Below, piece by piece: positions 28,886 through 39,028 of a stretch of 64,000 bases of DNA. Under the pieces are notes generated by a model that saw only the letters and a list, made by a program, of their open reading frames with translations, was not told where the DNA came from and searched no databases. Source of the stretch: Planctomycetota bacterium (GTDB taxonomy: Bacteria; Planctomycetota; UBA1135; UBA2386); assembly GCA_046290465.1 (NCBI GenBank), contig JBKAGP010000001.1, positions 5,184,001-5,248,000 on the forward strand, given 5' to 3'. Numbering within the stretch: the first letter of the stretch is position 1; each line of letters begins with the position of its first letter. A program made the translations under genes and the position numbers.

Positions 28886-29017
28886 AGCTGACGGCCGGTC
28901 CGTGAGGTCTGCCTCCGGAGCCAGACTCTCGGAACGGATCGGAAGATCCGGCGGCGCGGGCTCGCAAGGGCTAGACTGCTTGGCCGAATCCTCGTCCAGC
29001 TGCCGCCAGAAGTCCCA

Positions 29018-31195
29018 GTGCTCCGTCCCATCGCCTTTCTGCTGTTCGTTGCGTCCGGCTTCTGTGGCCTGCTGTACCAGGTCGTCTGGCTGCGTCTGGC
29101 GTTCGCCGATTTCGGCATCGTCACGCCGGTGCTGTCGGTGGTGCTGTCGGTGTTCATGCTCGGGCTCGCGCTCGGATCGTGGCTCGGTGGCCGCGTCGGC
29201 AACGCGCTGACCAGGCGTTCGGGCGGGGCTGCGGCGGTCGCCTACGGCATCGCCGAGTTCGGCATCGGCGCCGGCGCGCTGCTGGTGCCGTGGGCGTTCG
29301 ACGCCGGCGAGCAGTGGCTGCGCGGCCTCGGCGAGGCCTCGTCAGCCGGCTACCTCGGCGCGTCGGCGGTCGTCATCACGCTGTCGATCCTGCTGTTCAC
29401 GACGCTGATGGGCGCGACGTTCCCGCTGATGATGGCGTTCCTGCGGGCCGCGACGAAGGGCGACGAGGAGACCTTCAGCTACCTCTACCTCGGCAACGTC
29501 GTCGGGGCGATGGCGGGTGCGCTGGTCACGGCGATGGTGCTGATCGAGACGCTCGGCTTCCGCAACACGCTGCTGGTCGCGGCCGTGATCAACGCCACGA
29601 TCGGCGTGGTCGCGATGCTGATGCCGCGGCTGGTGCGCGCCGGCGACGTCGCCGACGAGCAGCCGCGCACGCTCGCTCCCGAGCCGCTCCTGGCCGAAGA
29701 ACGGCGCTCGGACCGCCGCCTGCGGCTGGCGCTGCTGTTCGCGACCGGCTTCACGTCGATGGCGATGGAAGTGGTCTGGACGCGCGCGTTCACGCCGGTG
29801 CTGAAGACGACCATCTACGCGTTTGCCGCGGTGCTGACGACCTACCTGCTGGCGACGTGGCTCGGCTCGGCGCTCTACCGCGTGCACCTGCGTCGCGGTC
29901 GCGCCGCGAGCGCGACGACGCTGCTGCCGATGCTGTTTCTCGCGTCGCTGCTGCCGCTGGTCTGCAACGACCCGCGCTGGCACGAGTCGTCGGTGGTGGT
30001 GCTGCTGAGCCTGGTGCCGATCTCGCTGCTGCTCGGCTACCTGACGCCGCAGCTGGTCGACGAGCACGCGCGCGGCGAGCCGGGTGCGGCCGGTAGGGCC
30101 TACGCGATCAACGTCGTCGGCTGCATCCTCGGCCCGCTGTTCAGCGGCTACGTGCTGCTGCCGATGGTCGGCGTCAAGTGGGCGCTGCTGTCGATGGCGC
30201 TGGTCTATCCGCTGTTCCTGTTCCGCCGCGCGCCGAAGAACGTCGCGCTCGAGCTCGGCACCAAGGTGGTCGCGGTCGCGGCGCTGCTGCTGGCGGTGTT
30301 CGCCACGCGAACGCACGAGGACCCGAGCGTCTACGAGCACGCCGAGGTGCGCCGCGACTCGACCGCCAGCGTGGTCGCGCACGGCGAGGGCATGGAGCGC
30401 CGGCTGCTGGTCAACGGGGTCGGCATCACCACGCTGACGCCGATCACCAAGGTGATGGCCCACCTGCCGCTGGTGATGCGCGATACGCCGCCGGAGTCGA
30501 CCTGCGTGATCTGCTTCGGCATGGGCACGACATTCCGGTCGCTGCTGTCGTGGGGCGGCAAGGCGACCGCGGTCGAGCTGGTGCCGAGCGTCACCGAGTC
30601 GTTCGGCTTCTTCTGGGACGACGCCGAACAGCAGCTCGCCAAGCCCGGCGCGCGCATCGTCATCGACGACGGCCGCCGCTTCCTGGCGCGCACCGAGGAG
30701 ACGTTCGACCTGATCACGATCGACCCGCCTCCGCCGGTCGAGGCCGGCGGCTCGAGCCTGCTCTACTCGTCGGAGTTCTACGAGGTCGTCAAGGCGCGCC
30801 TGTCGCAGAAGGGCATCCTGGCGCAGTGGTTCCCGGGCGGCGAGATGCGGATCGCGCGCGCGGTCATCAACACGCTGAACGAGAGCTTCCCGCACCTGCA
30901 GGTGATCCGTTCGTTCGAGCCGCCGCACGTCGGCCTGCACCTGCTCGCGTCGCTCGAGCCGCTCGACGTCCCGACGGTCGAGCAGGCGATCGCGCGCATG
31001 CCGGAGGCGGCCAGGAAGGACATGCTCGAGTGGAGCAACGGCTGGAAGCTCGGCTTCGCCTGGTCGCTGGTGCTCGCGCAGTTCAAGCCGGTCGAGGACT
31101 ACCTGCCCGAGGACCGCTCGATCAAGATCACCGACGACCGGCCCTACAACGAGTACTTCTGGCTGCGGCGGGCGTTCGGCGGCGACGACCGGTAG
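29018..31195 (+). CDS. Membrane-fused spermidine synthase-like SAM-dependent protein
   Basis: SGFCGLLYQVVW, multiple TM helices, LLVNG, FGMGT, VEL, DDGR, DPPPP, TDDRP. Confidence 0.85.
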   Translation: MLRPIAFLLFVASGFCGLLYQVVWLRLAFADFGIVTPVLSVVLSVFMLGLALGSWLGGRVGNALTRRSGGAAAVAYGIAEFGIGAGALLVPWAFDAGEQWLRGLGEASSAGYLGASAVVITLSILLFTTLMGATFPLMMAFLRAATKGDEETFSYLYLGNVVGAMAGALVTAMVLIETLGFRNTLLVAAVINATIGVVAMLMPRLVRAGDVADEQPRTLAPEPLLAEERRSDRRLRLALLFATGFTSMAMEVVWTRAFTPVLKTTIYAFAAVLTTYLLATWLGSALYRVHLRRGRAASATTLLPMLFLASLLPLVCNDPRWHESSVVVLLSLVPISLLLGYLTPQLVDEHARGEPGAAGRAYAINVVGCILGPLFSGYVLLPMVGVKWALLSMALVYPLFLFRRAPKNVALELGTKVVAVAALLLAVFATRTHEDPSVYEHAEVRRDSTASVVAHGEGMERRLLVNGVGITTLTPITKVMAHLPLVMRDTPPESTCVICFGMGTTFRSLLSWGGKATAVELVPSVTESFGFFWDDAEQQLAKPGARIVIDDGRRFLARTEETFDLITIDPPPPVEAGGSSLLYSSEFYEVVKARLSQKGILAQWFPGGEMRIARAVINTLNESFPHLQVIRSFEPPHVGLHLLASLEPLDVPTVEQAIARMPEAARKDMLEWSNGWKLGFAWSLVLAQFKPVEDYLPEDRSIKITDDRPYNEYFWLRRAFGGDDR

Positions 31196-31359
31196 CCGAG
31201 GCCGCGCGGCTGTCGCAGCCGCCGGCGGTACGGGAAGCGGGGCGACCGATGGCCGCCCCGTTCGCAGGTCGGGGCCCGCAGGCCCCGCGTGGCTCGAACG
31301 GCTGCGGTCCGAACGGACGATCTCAGGCCGCCCACCGACAGGGCTCAGGCCTCTCGATC

Positions 31360-32886
31360 TCAGGCCGACAGCGGCGCCTGTTCGTCGTTGATCTTCTTGT
31401 CCGACGGCGCGCGCGGGGCGCGGCGGCGGCGCTTTGCCGGCTGGCTCGCCGGCTTGCTGTCCTTCGGCGCGGTCAGGCGAACGCGGCGGGGGGCGTCGGT
31501 CGCCTTGGGCGAGCCCTTCGTGGGCAGCTGGTCGACTCCGATGCCGGTCGGCACGACGAAGCCACCGAACGACGGGGCCTTCGGCGCGGCCTTCGGCGGC
31601 GCGGGCTGCTCGGCGCCGCCGACGTGCACGTTCACGGTGCCGTCCTCGGCGTTGATGATCAGCGTGCCGATGCCGCCGTGCACGTGCACGTGGCCTTCGT
31701 CATCGTCGTCGTCATCGTCGCTGTGGCCCTCGTGCTCGTGCGCCCCTTCGTGCGCGTGGTCCTGCTGCTGGTGCCGCTGCGCGACCGCGGCCAGTTCCTG
31801 CTTCAGCGCGGCGACCAGGTCCTTCAGCTGCGCGTTCTCGGCCTGCAGCCGTCGCGACGCCTCGCTGTGGTCGCGCGCCTTCTCGCGGCGCGCGCGGGCG
31901 AGGTCGCGGTTGATCGTCGCGCGCAGGCGCTCGATCTCCTTGCGCTCCGCCTCGAGCTTGTCGAGGTCGGCATTGCCGCGCGAGGCGGCTCGCGTGGCCT
32001 TGGCGAACTCGCTCTCGAGCTGCTGCAGCTGCGAGGTGGCGCGCTTCGAGCTGGCGACGGCGCGCTCGTGCTGCTGCTCGAGGGCGCGGTTGCGCAGCGT
32101 GGTCTCGGCGAGCTTCTGCTCGAGCACGGCGGCCTTCTGCTCGAGCACCTGGCTGCGCTCGACCATGCGGCGCTCCATCTCGTGCAGCGCGCGGTGGGCC
32201 TGCTCGAGTTCCTGGTGCTGTCGCTCGAGCTGCTGCCGGGCTGCCGAGCGCTGCGCCTCCATGCGCTTGTGCTCGTCCTCGAGCCGCGCCTTCATCTCGT
32301 TCTGCTGCGCCTTCATGCGGGCGCGCAGCTCGTTCTGCTGCGCCTCCAGCTGGCTGCGCATGTTGTGCTGCTGGGCCTCGAGCTGCGCGCGCAGGTCGCT
32401 CTGCGTCGACTGCATGCGGCTCTTCAGCGCCTTTTCCTCGGCGACCATGCGGTTCTGCTCGGCGGCGAGGCGGGTCTGCAGCTCGTTGGCGCGCGCGGCC
32501 ATCTGCTGCTGGGCGGACGTCAGCTCGTCGGCCTTCTGGCGCAGCGCCTGCTGCAGCGCCTGGATCTGCTGGTCCCGGTTGTTGCCGCTGGCCTCGGCGT
32601 CGCGCCGGGTCTGCTGCAGCCGCTTCTCGAACACGGCCTCCTGCTCGGCGAGCACCGCGCGCAGCTTCTGGATCTCGCGATCCTTCTGGGCGAGTTCGCC
32701 CTCGCGCTGCTGCATCTGTTTGGCCGTGCCGTTCTCGAGCTGTTCGAGGTACCGGTCGACGTTCTTCATCTGCTGCTCGAGTCGGGTGACGGCGTTGCGC
32801 AGTTCGCGTTTTTCGTCCTGCGCGCGGCATCCGACCAGACCGCACAGGAGCACGATCAGGGGGGTGATGACGAGGCTTCTGTTCAT
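31360..32886 (-). CDS. Long coiled-coil putative lipoprotein with His/Asp-rich and Pro-rich tail
   Basis: Signal peptide ending LVG-C, ~350 aa Q/E/R/A-rich coiled coil, HAHEGAHEHEGHSDDDDDDDEGHVHVH. Confidence 0.75.
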   Translation of the reverse strand: MNRSLVITPLIVLLCGLVGCRAQDEKRELRNAVTRLEQQMKNVDRYLEQLENGTAKQMQQREGELAQKDREIQKLRAVLAEQEAVFEKRLQQTRRDAEASGNNRDQQIQALQQALRQKADELTSAQQQMAARANELQTRLAAEQNRMVAEEKALKSRMQSTQSDLRAQLEAQQHNMRSQLEAQQNELRARMKAQQNEMKARLEDEHKRMEAQRSAARQQLERQHQELEQAHRALHEMERRMVERSQVLEQKAAVLEQKLAETTLRNRALEQQHERAVASSKRATSQLQQLESEFAKATRAASRGNADLDKLEAERKEIERLRATINRDLARARREKARDHSEASRRLQAENAQLKDLVAALKQELAAVAQRHQQQDHAHEGAHEHEGHSDDDDDDDEGHVHVHGGIGTLIINAEDGTVNVHVGGAEQPAPPKAAPKAPSFGGFVVPTGIGVDQLPTKGSPKATDAPRRVRLTAPKDSKPASQPAKRRRRAPRAPSDKKINDEQAPLSA

Positions 32887-32969
32887 GGGGGGTCTCCGCT
32901 ATTGGATTCGGCGGGTAGTCCGGAGAACCTGAGGGTAGCGCTCGGCGCAAGATCTGAAAAAGCCTCCAC

Positions 32970-33863
32970 ATGCACGTGCAAAGATTCCTCGCGTCGGCCT
33001 GGGCCAGCGTGCACGGGTCGAAGGACCCGGCGCAGCTTCTCGTATCCCTGCTGGAGAACGGCTTTGCGGGCCTGGCGGCCTCGCCCGGTCCGCGCGCGGT
33101 CGATTGGGCCGCCCTGCGCGCCGCGGCCGACGAACTGCCGGTCTCGTTCCCGGTGGTGCGCGCCGGCAGCCCTCTGACCGATCGTTCGCCCCTCAACGCG
33201 CTCTGCTCGCAGGCGGACGGCGAACGGCAGGTCGCCCGCCGCGCCGTGGCCGACGCCGTGCAGACCGCGCGCACGCTCGGCACGCCGACGGTCGTTCTGG
33301 ACCTCGGGGTGGTCGCGATGACCGGCGAGATCGAGGCCGAAGACCTCGGCGAGCCCGGCTACCAGTGGACCGACGAGCGCGCCCAGGCGCTGGCGGCGCG
33401 CCGCAAGGTCGGCCGGGACGCCGCCGTCGACCGCGCCTGTCGCGAGTTGTTCGGGATCCTCAAAGCCTTTCCGGACATGAAGTTCTGCGTGACGCAGAGC
33501 CGCAGCCTGCGGGCCGTGCTGGACGTGCCGGCGCTGCAGGACGTGGTCGAGGACGTCGGCCAGCGCGAGCTCGGCTACTGGCACGACGCCGGCATTTGCG
33601 CCCGGCGAGAACAGATCCTGCGCGAACCGCAGGGCGAATGGCTCGAGATGTTCGGTAACCGCCTGTCGGGGATGACCTTGGGCGACGCTTCCCCGGACGG
33701 CCTGTACCTGCCTCCGGGCGCGGGTGGGGTGGACTATGGCCTCTGCGCCACCTATGTACCCGGGACCGGGAGTTCGTTCCCGGTCGTGTTGGAGCTCGAT
33801 CCCTCCGTTGCCCCCGGAGAGATGTCCGGCATGCGTTCCTGCCTCGACAAGTACGGCTTCTAG
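32970..33863 (+). CDS. Sugar phosphate isomerase/epimerase-like TIM barrel protein
   Basis: VVLDLG, GYWHDAG, LGDA..LPPGAGGVDY, VLEL (AP-endonuclease-2-like pattern). Confidence 0.65.
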   Translation: MHVQRFLASAWASVHGSKDPAQLLVSLLENGFAGLAASPGPRAVDWAALRAAADELPVSFPVVRAGSPLTDRSPLNALCSQADGERQVARRAVADAVQTARTLGTPTVVLDLGVVAMTGEIEAEDLGEPGYQWTDERAQALAARRKVGRDAAVDRACRELFGILKAFPDMKFCVTQSRSLRAVLDVPALQDVVEDVGQRELGYWHDAGICARREQILREPQGEWLEMFGNRLSGMTLGDASPDGLYLPPGAGGVDYGLCATYVPGTGSSFPVVLELDPSVAPGEMSGMRSCLDKYGF

Positions 33864-33930
33864 CACAAGGTTGTGTGGCCGTGCGCCCGATGCGGAGCGT
33901 AGTGCGGCGCCGAGCCCTGGCGCGTTCCCG

Positions 33931-34998
33931 ATGAATACCCCCTCCTTGGCCAAGCTAGCCCACAGCGGAGCCGCCCGAACCGAGGTGCTGCGTGACCTCC
34001 TCCGGACACGCCAGCGTCTCCTCGTCCTGACCCACAACAACCCCGACCCCGACTCGCTCGGGGGCGCGGTGGGGCTGCAGGAATTCGCCCGACTGGCCGC
34101 CGGCTGCGAGAGCAAGCTCGCGATCACCGGCAAGATCCTGCGCGCCGAGAACCAGGCGATGGTTCGCGAGCTGCAGATCGACATGGGCCGGCTCGACACG
34201 ATCAAGCTCAGCGAGTTCGACTGCATCGCGCTGGTCGACACCCAGCCCGGCTTCGGCCACACGTTCGTGCCGGCCGGCAGCGCCGTCGACATCGTCGTCG
34301 ACCACCACGTCTGCAACGACGCGGCGATCGACCCCAACGTGACGTCGTTCGTCGACGTGCGGCCCGAGATCGGCGCGACCAGCTCGATCGTCGCGAGCTA
34401 CCTGATGCACGCCGGCGTCACGCCGAGCAAGCAGGCCGCGACCGCGCTGGCCTACGGTGTGCGCACCGACACCGCCGACCTGTCGCGCAACGTCAGCGAC
34501 CTGGACGTCGAGGTGTTCGAGTTCTTGTCGCACCACATGGACCGCCAGGCGCTGGCCGCGATCACCAACCCGCGCCTGCCCGCGGCCTACTTCCGCACGC
34601 TCAAGGACGCGCTCGGCAAGGCCCGCCTCTACGACGGCCTGACGCTGTGTTCGCTCGGTCGGACCACCAGCGCCGAGATGGTCGCCGAGGTCGCCGACCT
34701 GCTGCTCCGGATGGAAGGCGTGCAGGCGGTGTTCTGCGGCGGCCTGGTCGGGCAGAGCTACTACGTGTCGGTGCGCACCGAGGTCGGTGGCGACGCCTGG
34801 AGCCTGATCAAGGCCGGCATGGAGGGCGAGGAGGGGTCGTGCGGCGGCCACGGCTCGGTCGCCGGCGGCTCGATCACGCTCGACTGCGCCGACTCGCGCA
34901 CCCTGCGCCGCCTCGAGCGCCGCCTGGAGCGCAACGTGCTCAAAGCGATGGGGGTGGTGGGCACCAATGCCGTGACCCTCGGCGAAGACGACGACTGA
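33931..34998 (+). CDS. DHH family phosphoesterase
   Basis: THNNPDPDS, VDTQP, VDHH, GATSS, RTDT, GGH. Confidence 0.9.
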   Translation: MNTPSLAKLAHSGAARTEVLRDLLRTRQRLLVLTHNNPDPDSLGGAVGLQEFARLAAGCESKLAITGKILRAENQAMVRELQIDMGRLDTIKLSEFDCIALVDTQPGFGHTFVPAGSAVDIVVDHHVCNDAAIDPNVTSFVDVRPEIGATSSIVASYLMHAGVTPSKQAATALAYGVRTDTADLSRNVSDLDVEVFEFLSHHMDRQALAAITNPRLPAAYFRTLKDALGKARLYDGLTLCSLGRTTSAEMVAEVADLLLRMEGVQAVFCGGLVGQSYYVSVRTEVGGDAWSLIKAGMEGEEGSCGGHGSVAGGSITLDCADSRTLRRLERRLERNVLKAMGVVGTNAVTLGEDDD

Positions 34999-35141
34999 CC
35001 CGGTCGTCGGTGCGCCGTTGGTCCGGCAGGGCCGCGTTGCGTGGCCAGCCACCGGGTCTCCGGTGCCACGGGAGGTCTTTGGACCGAATGCCGGTGCGTC
35101 AGCGCTTTGCAGGGGCTGCTGGTATCATTCGGCGCCGATCC

Positions 35142-38100
35142 ATGCGCCGCACCACCCTCGCACTCGCCGCCGCCGCCGTCGCTCTGGCGTGGGTTCCGTC
35201 CGTTGTTGGCCCTGTCGATCCGGTCGACCGCCCGGCGGTTGGTCCGACGGTTGGTCCGACGGTGTGCGCGCCGCACGCTGCCGAGACGGCGGCGACCTTC
35301 GCGACCCCGGACCAACTGCAGTTCGTGCCCAACCGCGGCCAGTGGTCGGACGGCGTGCGCTACGGCGTGCTCGGCGACACGGTCGGCTGGCTGCACGACG
35401 ACGGCTTCACGCTGCGGTTCGAACGCTGGACGGCGGCGGACGAACGTCGCCCCGGCCGGAGCGCGTCGGGCGCGGTGGTGCGCACCCGCTTCGTCGGCGC
35501 GGTGACGACCTCGCTCGACGGCGGTGCGCCGCTGGCGACGCGGCACCACTTCCTGCGCGGCGGCGTCGGTCGCCATCGTCGCGACGTGCCGGCGTTCGCG
35601 AACGTCACCATGCGCGGCGTGCTGCCGGGCATCGACGTGCAGTTCCGGCCGCTGCCCGACGGGGTGCGCGGTCCGTTCGAATACGACCTGCTGCTCGCCG
35701 CCGGCGCCGACCTGTCGCGCTTCGTCGCCGAGTGCGAAGGGGTCGAGTGCCTGCGCATCGACGAACAGGGGCGGCTGGTCGCCACGGTCGCGACGCCCGA
35801 CGGCGTTCGCGAGCTGGTGCAGCAGGCGCCGGTCGCCTGGCAGTCGGGCGAGCACGGCCGCACGCCGGTCGACGTGCGGTTCCGGCTGCTCGGCACGCGT
35901 CGCTACGGCTTCGCCGCGCGCGACCTCGACGCGGAGCTGGCGACGGTGGTCGATCCCGGCGTGCTGTGGGGCACGTTCCTCGGCGGCGGCGCGACCGATC
36001 GCATCTACGACGTCGAGTGGCGCAACGGCAACGGCGGCTGGATCGGCGGCTGGACCGGCTCGACCGACTTCCCGACCTCGACCGGTGCGTTCCAGACCAG
36101 CGGCGGCGCCGACGGCTTCGTCGCCAAGCTGAGCGACGACGGTCAGTCGCTGCTGTTCGCGACCTACCTCGGCGGCTCGCGCAGCGAGGAGGTGCGCGGC
36201 CTCGCCGTCGCGGACGACGACACGGTCACGGTGGTCGGCTTCACCAACTCGTCGGACTTCCCGGTCACCGCGGGCGCCGCCCAGCCGAACTACGCCGGCG
36301 CCAGCACGTTCCTGGACCTCGGGGACGGCTTCGTCGCTCGCGTCGCGGCGAACGGCCAGAGCCTGCTCGGCGCGACGTTCCTCGGCGGCACGTTCGACGA
36401 CATCGCCGAGGACGTGGTGCTCGACGACAACGGCAACCCGATCGTCTGCGGCTGGACCTCGTCGCCGGACATGCCGGTGCCCGCCGGCGGCCTGCAGCCC
36501 CTGCTCGGGGGCCTGGCTATCGCGCAGACCGACGGCTTCGTGATCGGCGCCGCGGCCGACCTGCAGTCGCTGACGTTCGGCACGTTCCTCGGGGGCGCGT
36601 CGGGCGAGCAGCTGCTCGCGATCGACCGCGACGACCAGACCGGCGACCTGGCCGTGACCGGCTGGTCGATCGGCGCCGACTACCTGACCACGCCGGGCGT
36701 GGTGCGGCCGACGTCGGGTGGCGACATCGACGCGGTGTTGACGCGGCTCGACGCGACCGCGAGCACCGCGGTCTGGTCGACCTACCTCGGCGGCGTCGAC
36801 GAGGATGCCGGCCAGACGGTGCACTTCGACAGCGACGGCTCGGTCTGGGTCGGTGGCTTCACCGACTCGGCGAACTTCCCGCCGACGCTCAATGCGCCGC
36901 AGACGGCGCTGGCGGGCGGCTTCGACGGCTTCGTCACCCGGGTCTCGTCGATCGGGCAGTCGCTGGTGTTCTCGACGCTGCTCGGCGGACCGGGCAACGA
37001 CCGCGTGCGCGCGCTCGACGTGTCGGCGGCCGGGGTGATGGTCGTCGGCGAGGCGGCCGCTGGCTTTCCGGTCGCGGCCGGCGCGACCCAGCCGCAGTTC
37101 GCGTCGGGCATCACCGACGCGTTCGCGACCTGGCTGAGCAACGGCGGCACGACGATCGCGTGGTCGAGCTACTTCGGCGGCGAGTTCCAGGACGCGTTCT
37201 CGGCGGTGCACTTCGGCGACAGCGGCATCGCGTCGCTCGCCGGCTACAGCTACTCGCCGGACTTCCCGATCGCGCCGGCGGCGCTGCAGGGCAACCTGCT
37301 CGGCGTCGAGGACGGCGTGGTGGTGCGGCTGGACCTGCTGAGCGACCTCGGGCCGGGGCTGCGCGTGACGCCGGTCTCCGGTGAGGACGTGGTCGTGCAG
37401 CAGGGCGGCGAGGTCGAACTGCTGCGCTTCGAGCTCGAGAACGTCACCGATCGCGTGCTCTACGTCGACCGCGTGCGGTTCATGGCATCGGGTGGCGGCA
37501 TGACGATGGCCAACGTCACGTCGTTCGCCCTGCTGCAGGATGGCCAGCCGGTCGGCGGGGCGCCGATGGTCGCCCCGGCGACCGACTACGAGCTGGCGAC
37601 CAACGTCGCCGGCAGCCGCCTGACGATCGCGCCGCACACCGTCGCCACCGTGACGCTGACCGCGAACTGCAGCGGCTCGATGAGTCCGCCGGCGTTCGAG
37701 GTCGGCGCGTTGATCGAAGGCGCGGCGTCGTTCGACGTGCGGGCGTTCGGCCTCGGCGGTGGACCGTCCGTCGGCGTGATCGGGGCGGCGCGCGTGACCG
37801 GCCCGGTCTACGTGGTCGGCAAGCTGCCGGGCGACATCGACGGTTCGGGCCAACGCGACGTCATCGATCTGCGCCGCCTGGTCAACTCGGTCGGCTCCGG
37901 GGACGGCGAGACCGACGTCGACGGCGATGGCGTGATCACGACCATCGACGTCGCCGCGACGCGCCAGGCGATCCTCGGCCGCGGCAGCGGCTTCGCCGCG
38001 CCGACGCAGGTCGCCCGCGACGAATGGCTGCGCGTCGACGTGCTGCTGCCCAAGCTCGACGGCCTGCAGGCTTCGCTCGGCGGCCGTTCGCTGCTGGTCG

Positions 38101-38222
38101 GCCGGGCGACGCCCCGCGAGATCACGGCGCGCGTGCCGGCAGACCAGGCGCTCGGGCTGCAGGAGCTGGTGATCTCCCGCGCCGGCCAGGTGATCTTCGC
38201 GGGCCTGGTCGAAGTGCTCTGA
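35142..38222 (+). CDS. Secreted SBBP (beta-propeller repeat) protein with dockerin-like EF-hand pair
   Basis: Signal peptide, FVPNRGQW N-terminal domain, repeated TFLGG..D / G.T.S.DFP units, GDIDGSG..DVID and DVDGDGVI...D. Confidence 0.85.
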   Translation: MRRTTLALAAAAVALAWVPSVVGPVDPVDRPAVGPTVGPTVCAPHAAETAATFATPDQLQFVPNRGQWSDGVRYGVLGDTVGWLHDDGFTLRFERWTAADERRPGRSASGAVVRTRFVGAVTTSLDGGAPLATRHHFLRGGVGRHRRDVPAFANVTMRGVLPGIDVQFRPLPDGVRGPFEYDLLLAAGADLSRFVAECEGVECLRIDEQGRLVATVATPDGVRELVQQAPVAWQSGEHGRTPVDVRFRLLGTRRYGFAARDLDAELATVVDPGVLWGTFLGGGATDRIYDVEWRNGNGGWIGGWTGSTDFPTSTGAFQTSGGADGFVAKLSDDGQSLLFATYLGGSRSEEVRGLAVADDDTVTVVGFTNSSDFPVTAGAAQPNYAGASTFLDLGDGFVARVAANGQSLLGATFLGGTFDDIAEDVVLDDNGNPIVCGWTSSPDMPVPAGGLQPLLGGLAIAQTDGFVIGAAADLQSLTFGTFLGGASGEQLLAIDRDDQTGDLAVTGWSIGADYLTTPGVVRPTSGGDIDAVLTRLDATASTAVWSTYLGGVDEDAGQTVHFDSDGSVWVGGFTDSANFPPTLNAPQTALAGGFDGFVTRVSSIGQSLVFSTLLGGPGNDRVRALDVSAAGVMVVGEAAAGFPVAAGATQPQFASGITDAFATWLSNGGTTIAWSSYFGGEFQDAFSAVHFGDSGIASLAGYSYSPDFPIAPAALQGNLLGVEDGVVVRLDLLSDLGPGLRVTPVSGEDVVVQQGGEVELLRFELENVTDRVLYVDRVRFMASGGGMTMANVTSFALLQDGQPVGGAPMVAPATDYELATNVAGSRLTIAPHTVATVTLTANCSGSMSPPAFEVGALIEGAASFDVRAFGLGGGPSVGVIGAARVTGPVYVVGKLPGDIDGSGQRDVIDLRRLVNSVGSGDGETDVDGDGVITTIDVAATRQAILGRGSGFAAPTQVARDEWLRVDVLLPKLDGLQASLGGRSLLVGRATPREITARVPADQALGLQELVISRAGQVIFAGLVEVL

Positions 38223-39028
38223 TGGTGCGCGTGCTGCTGCTGGGCGGCCTCGATCCGAGCGGCGGCGCCGGCATCACGGTCGACGCGACCGTGGCCGCGC
38301 TGCACGGCGTCGAGCCGCTGCCGGTGGCGTTGACGACGACCGTGCAGGGCCTGCGCGGCTTCGTCGCGAAGCAGCCGATCGCCGAACGGGTCTGGCGTGA
38401 GCAGGTCGCGACCGTGCTCGCGGACGGCAAGATCGCGGCGGTCAAGGTCGGCTACGTCGGGGACCCGGCGCTGGTCGCGGTGGTCGCCGAAGCGGTGCGC
38501 GCGCTGCCCGCGGGGACCCACGTGGTCGTCGACCCGGTGCTGTCCGCGACCGCGGGCGGCATGCACGACGGCGACGCGCTGGTCGCGGCCTACCGCGAGC
38601 ACCTGGTCCCGCTGGCGACGTTGCTGACGCCGAACGGTCCCGAGCTGCAGCAACTGGCCGACGGCGACGCCGAGTCCCTGCTGCGTGTCGAGGCCCCGCT
38701 CCGAGCCGAGTCCCCGCTTCGTTCTGGCGCCGGCGCGGTGCTGCACAAGGGCGGCCACGGGGAAGGCGACCAGGCGATCGACGAGCTGTGGACCGGGGAG
38801 CCGCCGTATCGCTTCGCGCGGCCGCGGCACGACTGCGGCCCGGTGCGCGGCACGGGCTGCGCGCTGGCCAGCGCGATCGCCTGCCAGCTGGCGCTCGCGC
38901 GCAACCTCGTCGAGTCGTGCCGGCTCGCCGGGGACTGGCTCGCGTCGCTGCTCGTGCACGTGCGGCCGCGCCCGAGCGGCCTGCCGCGGTTGCTGCCGCT
39001 CAATCGCGGCGGAACAGCGCCGCGATGA
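38222..39028 (+). CDS. thiD: Hydroxymethylpyrimidine/phosphomethylpyrimidine kinase
   Basis: GLDPSGGAGI, VKVG, VDPV, TPN, KGGH, GTGC. Confidence 0.88.
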   Translation: MVRVLLLGGLDPSGGAGITVDATVAALHGVEPLPVALTTTVQGLRGFVAKQPIAERVWREQVATVLADGKIAAVKVGYVGDPALVAVVAEAVRALPAGTHVVVDPVLSATAGGMHDGDALVAAYREHLVPLATLLTPNGPELQQLADGDAESLLRVEAPLRAESPLRSGAGAVLHKGGHGEGDQAIDELWTGEPPYRFARPRHDCGPVRGTGCALASAIACQLALARNLVESCRLAGDWLASLLVHVRPRPSGLPRLLPLNRGGTAPR

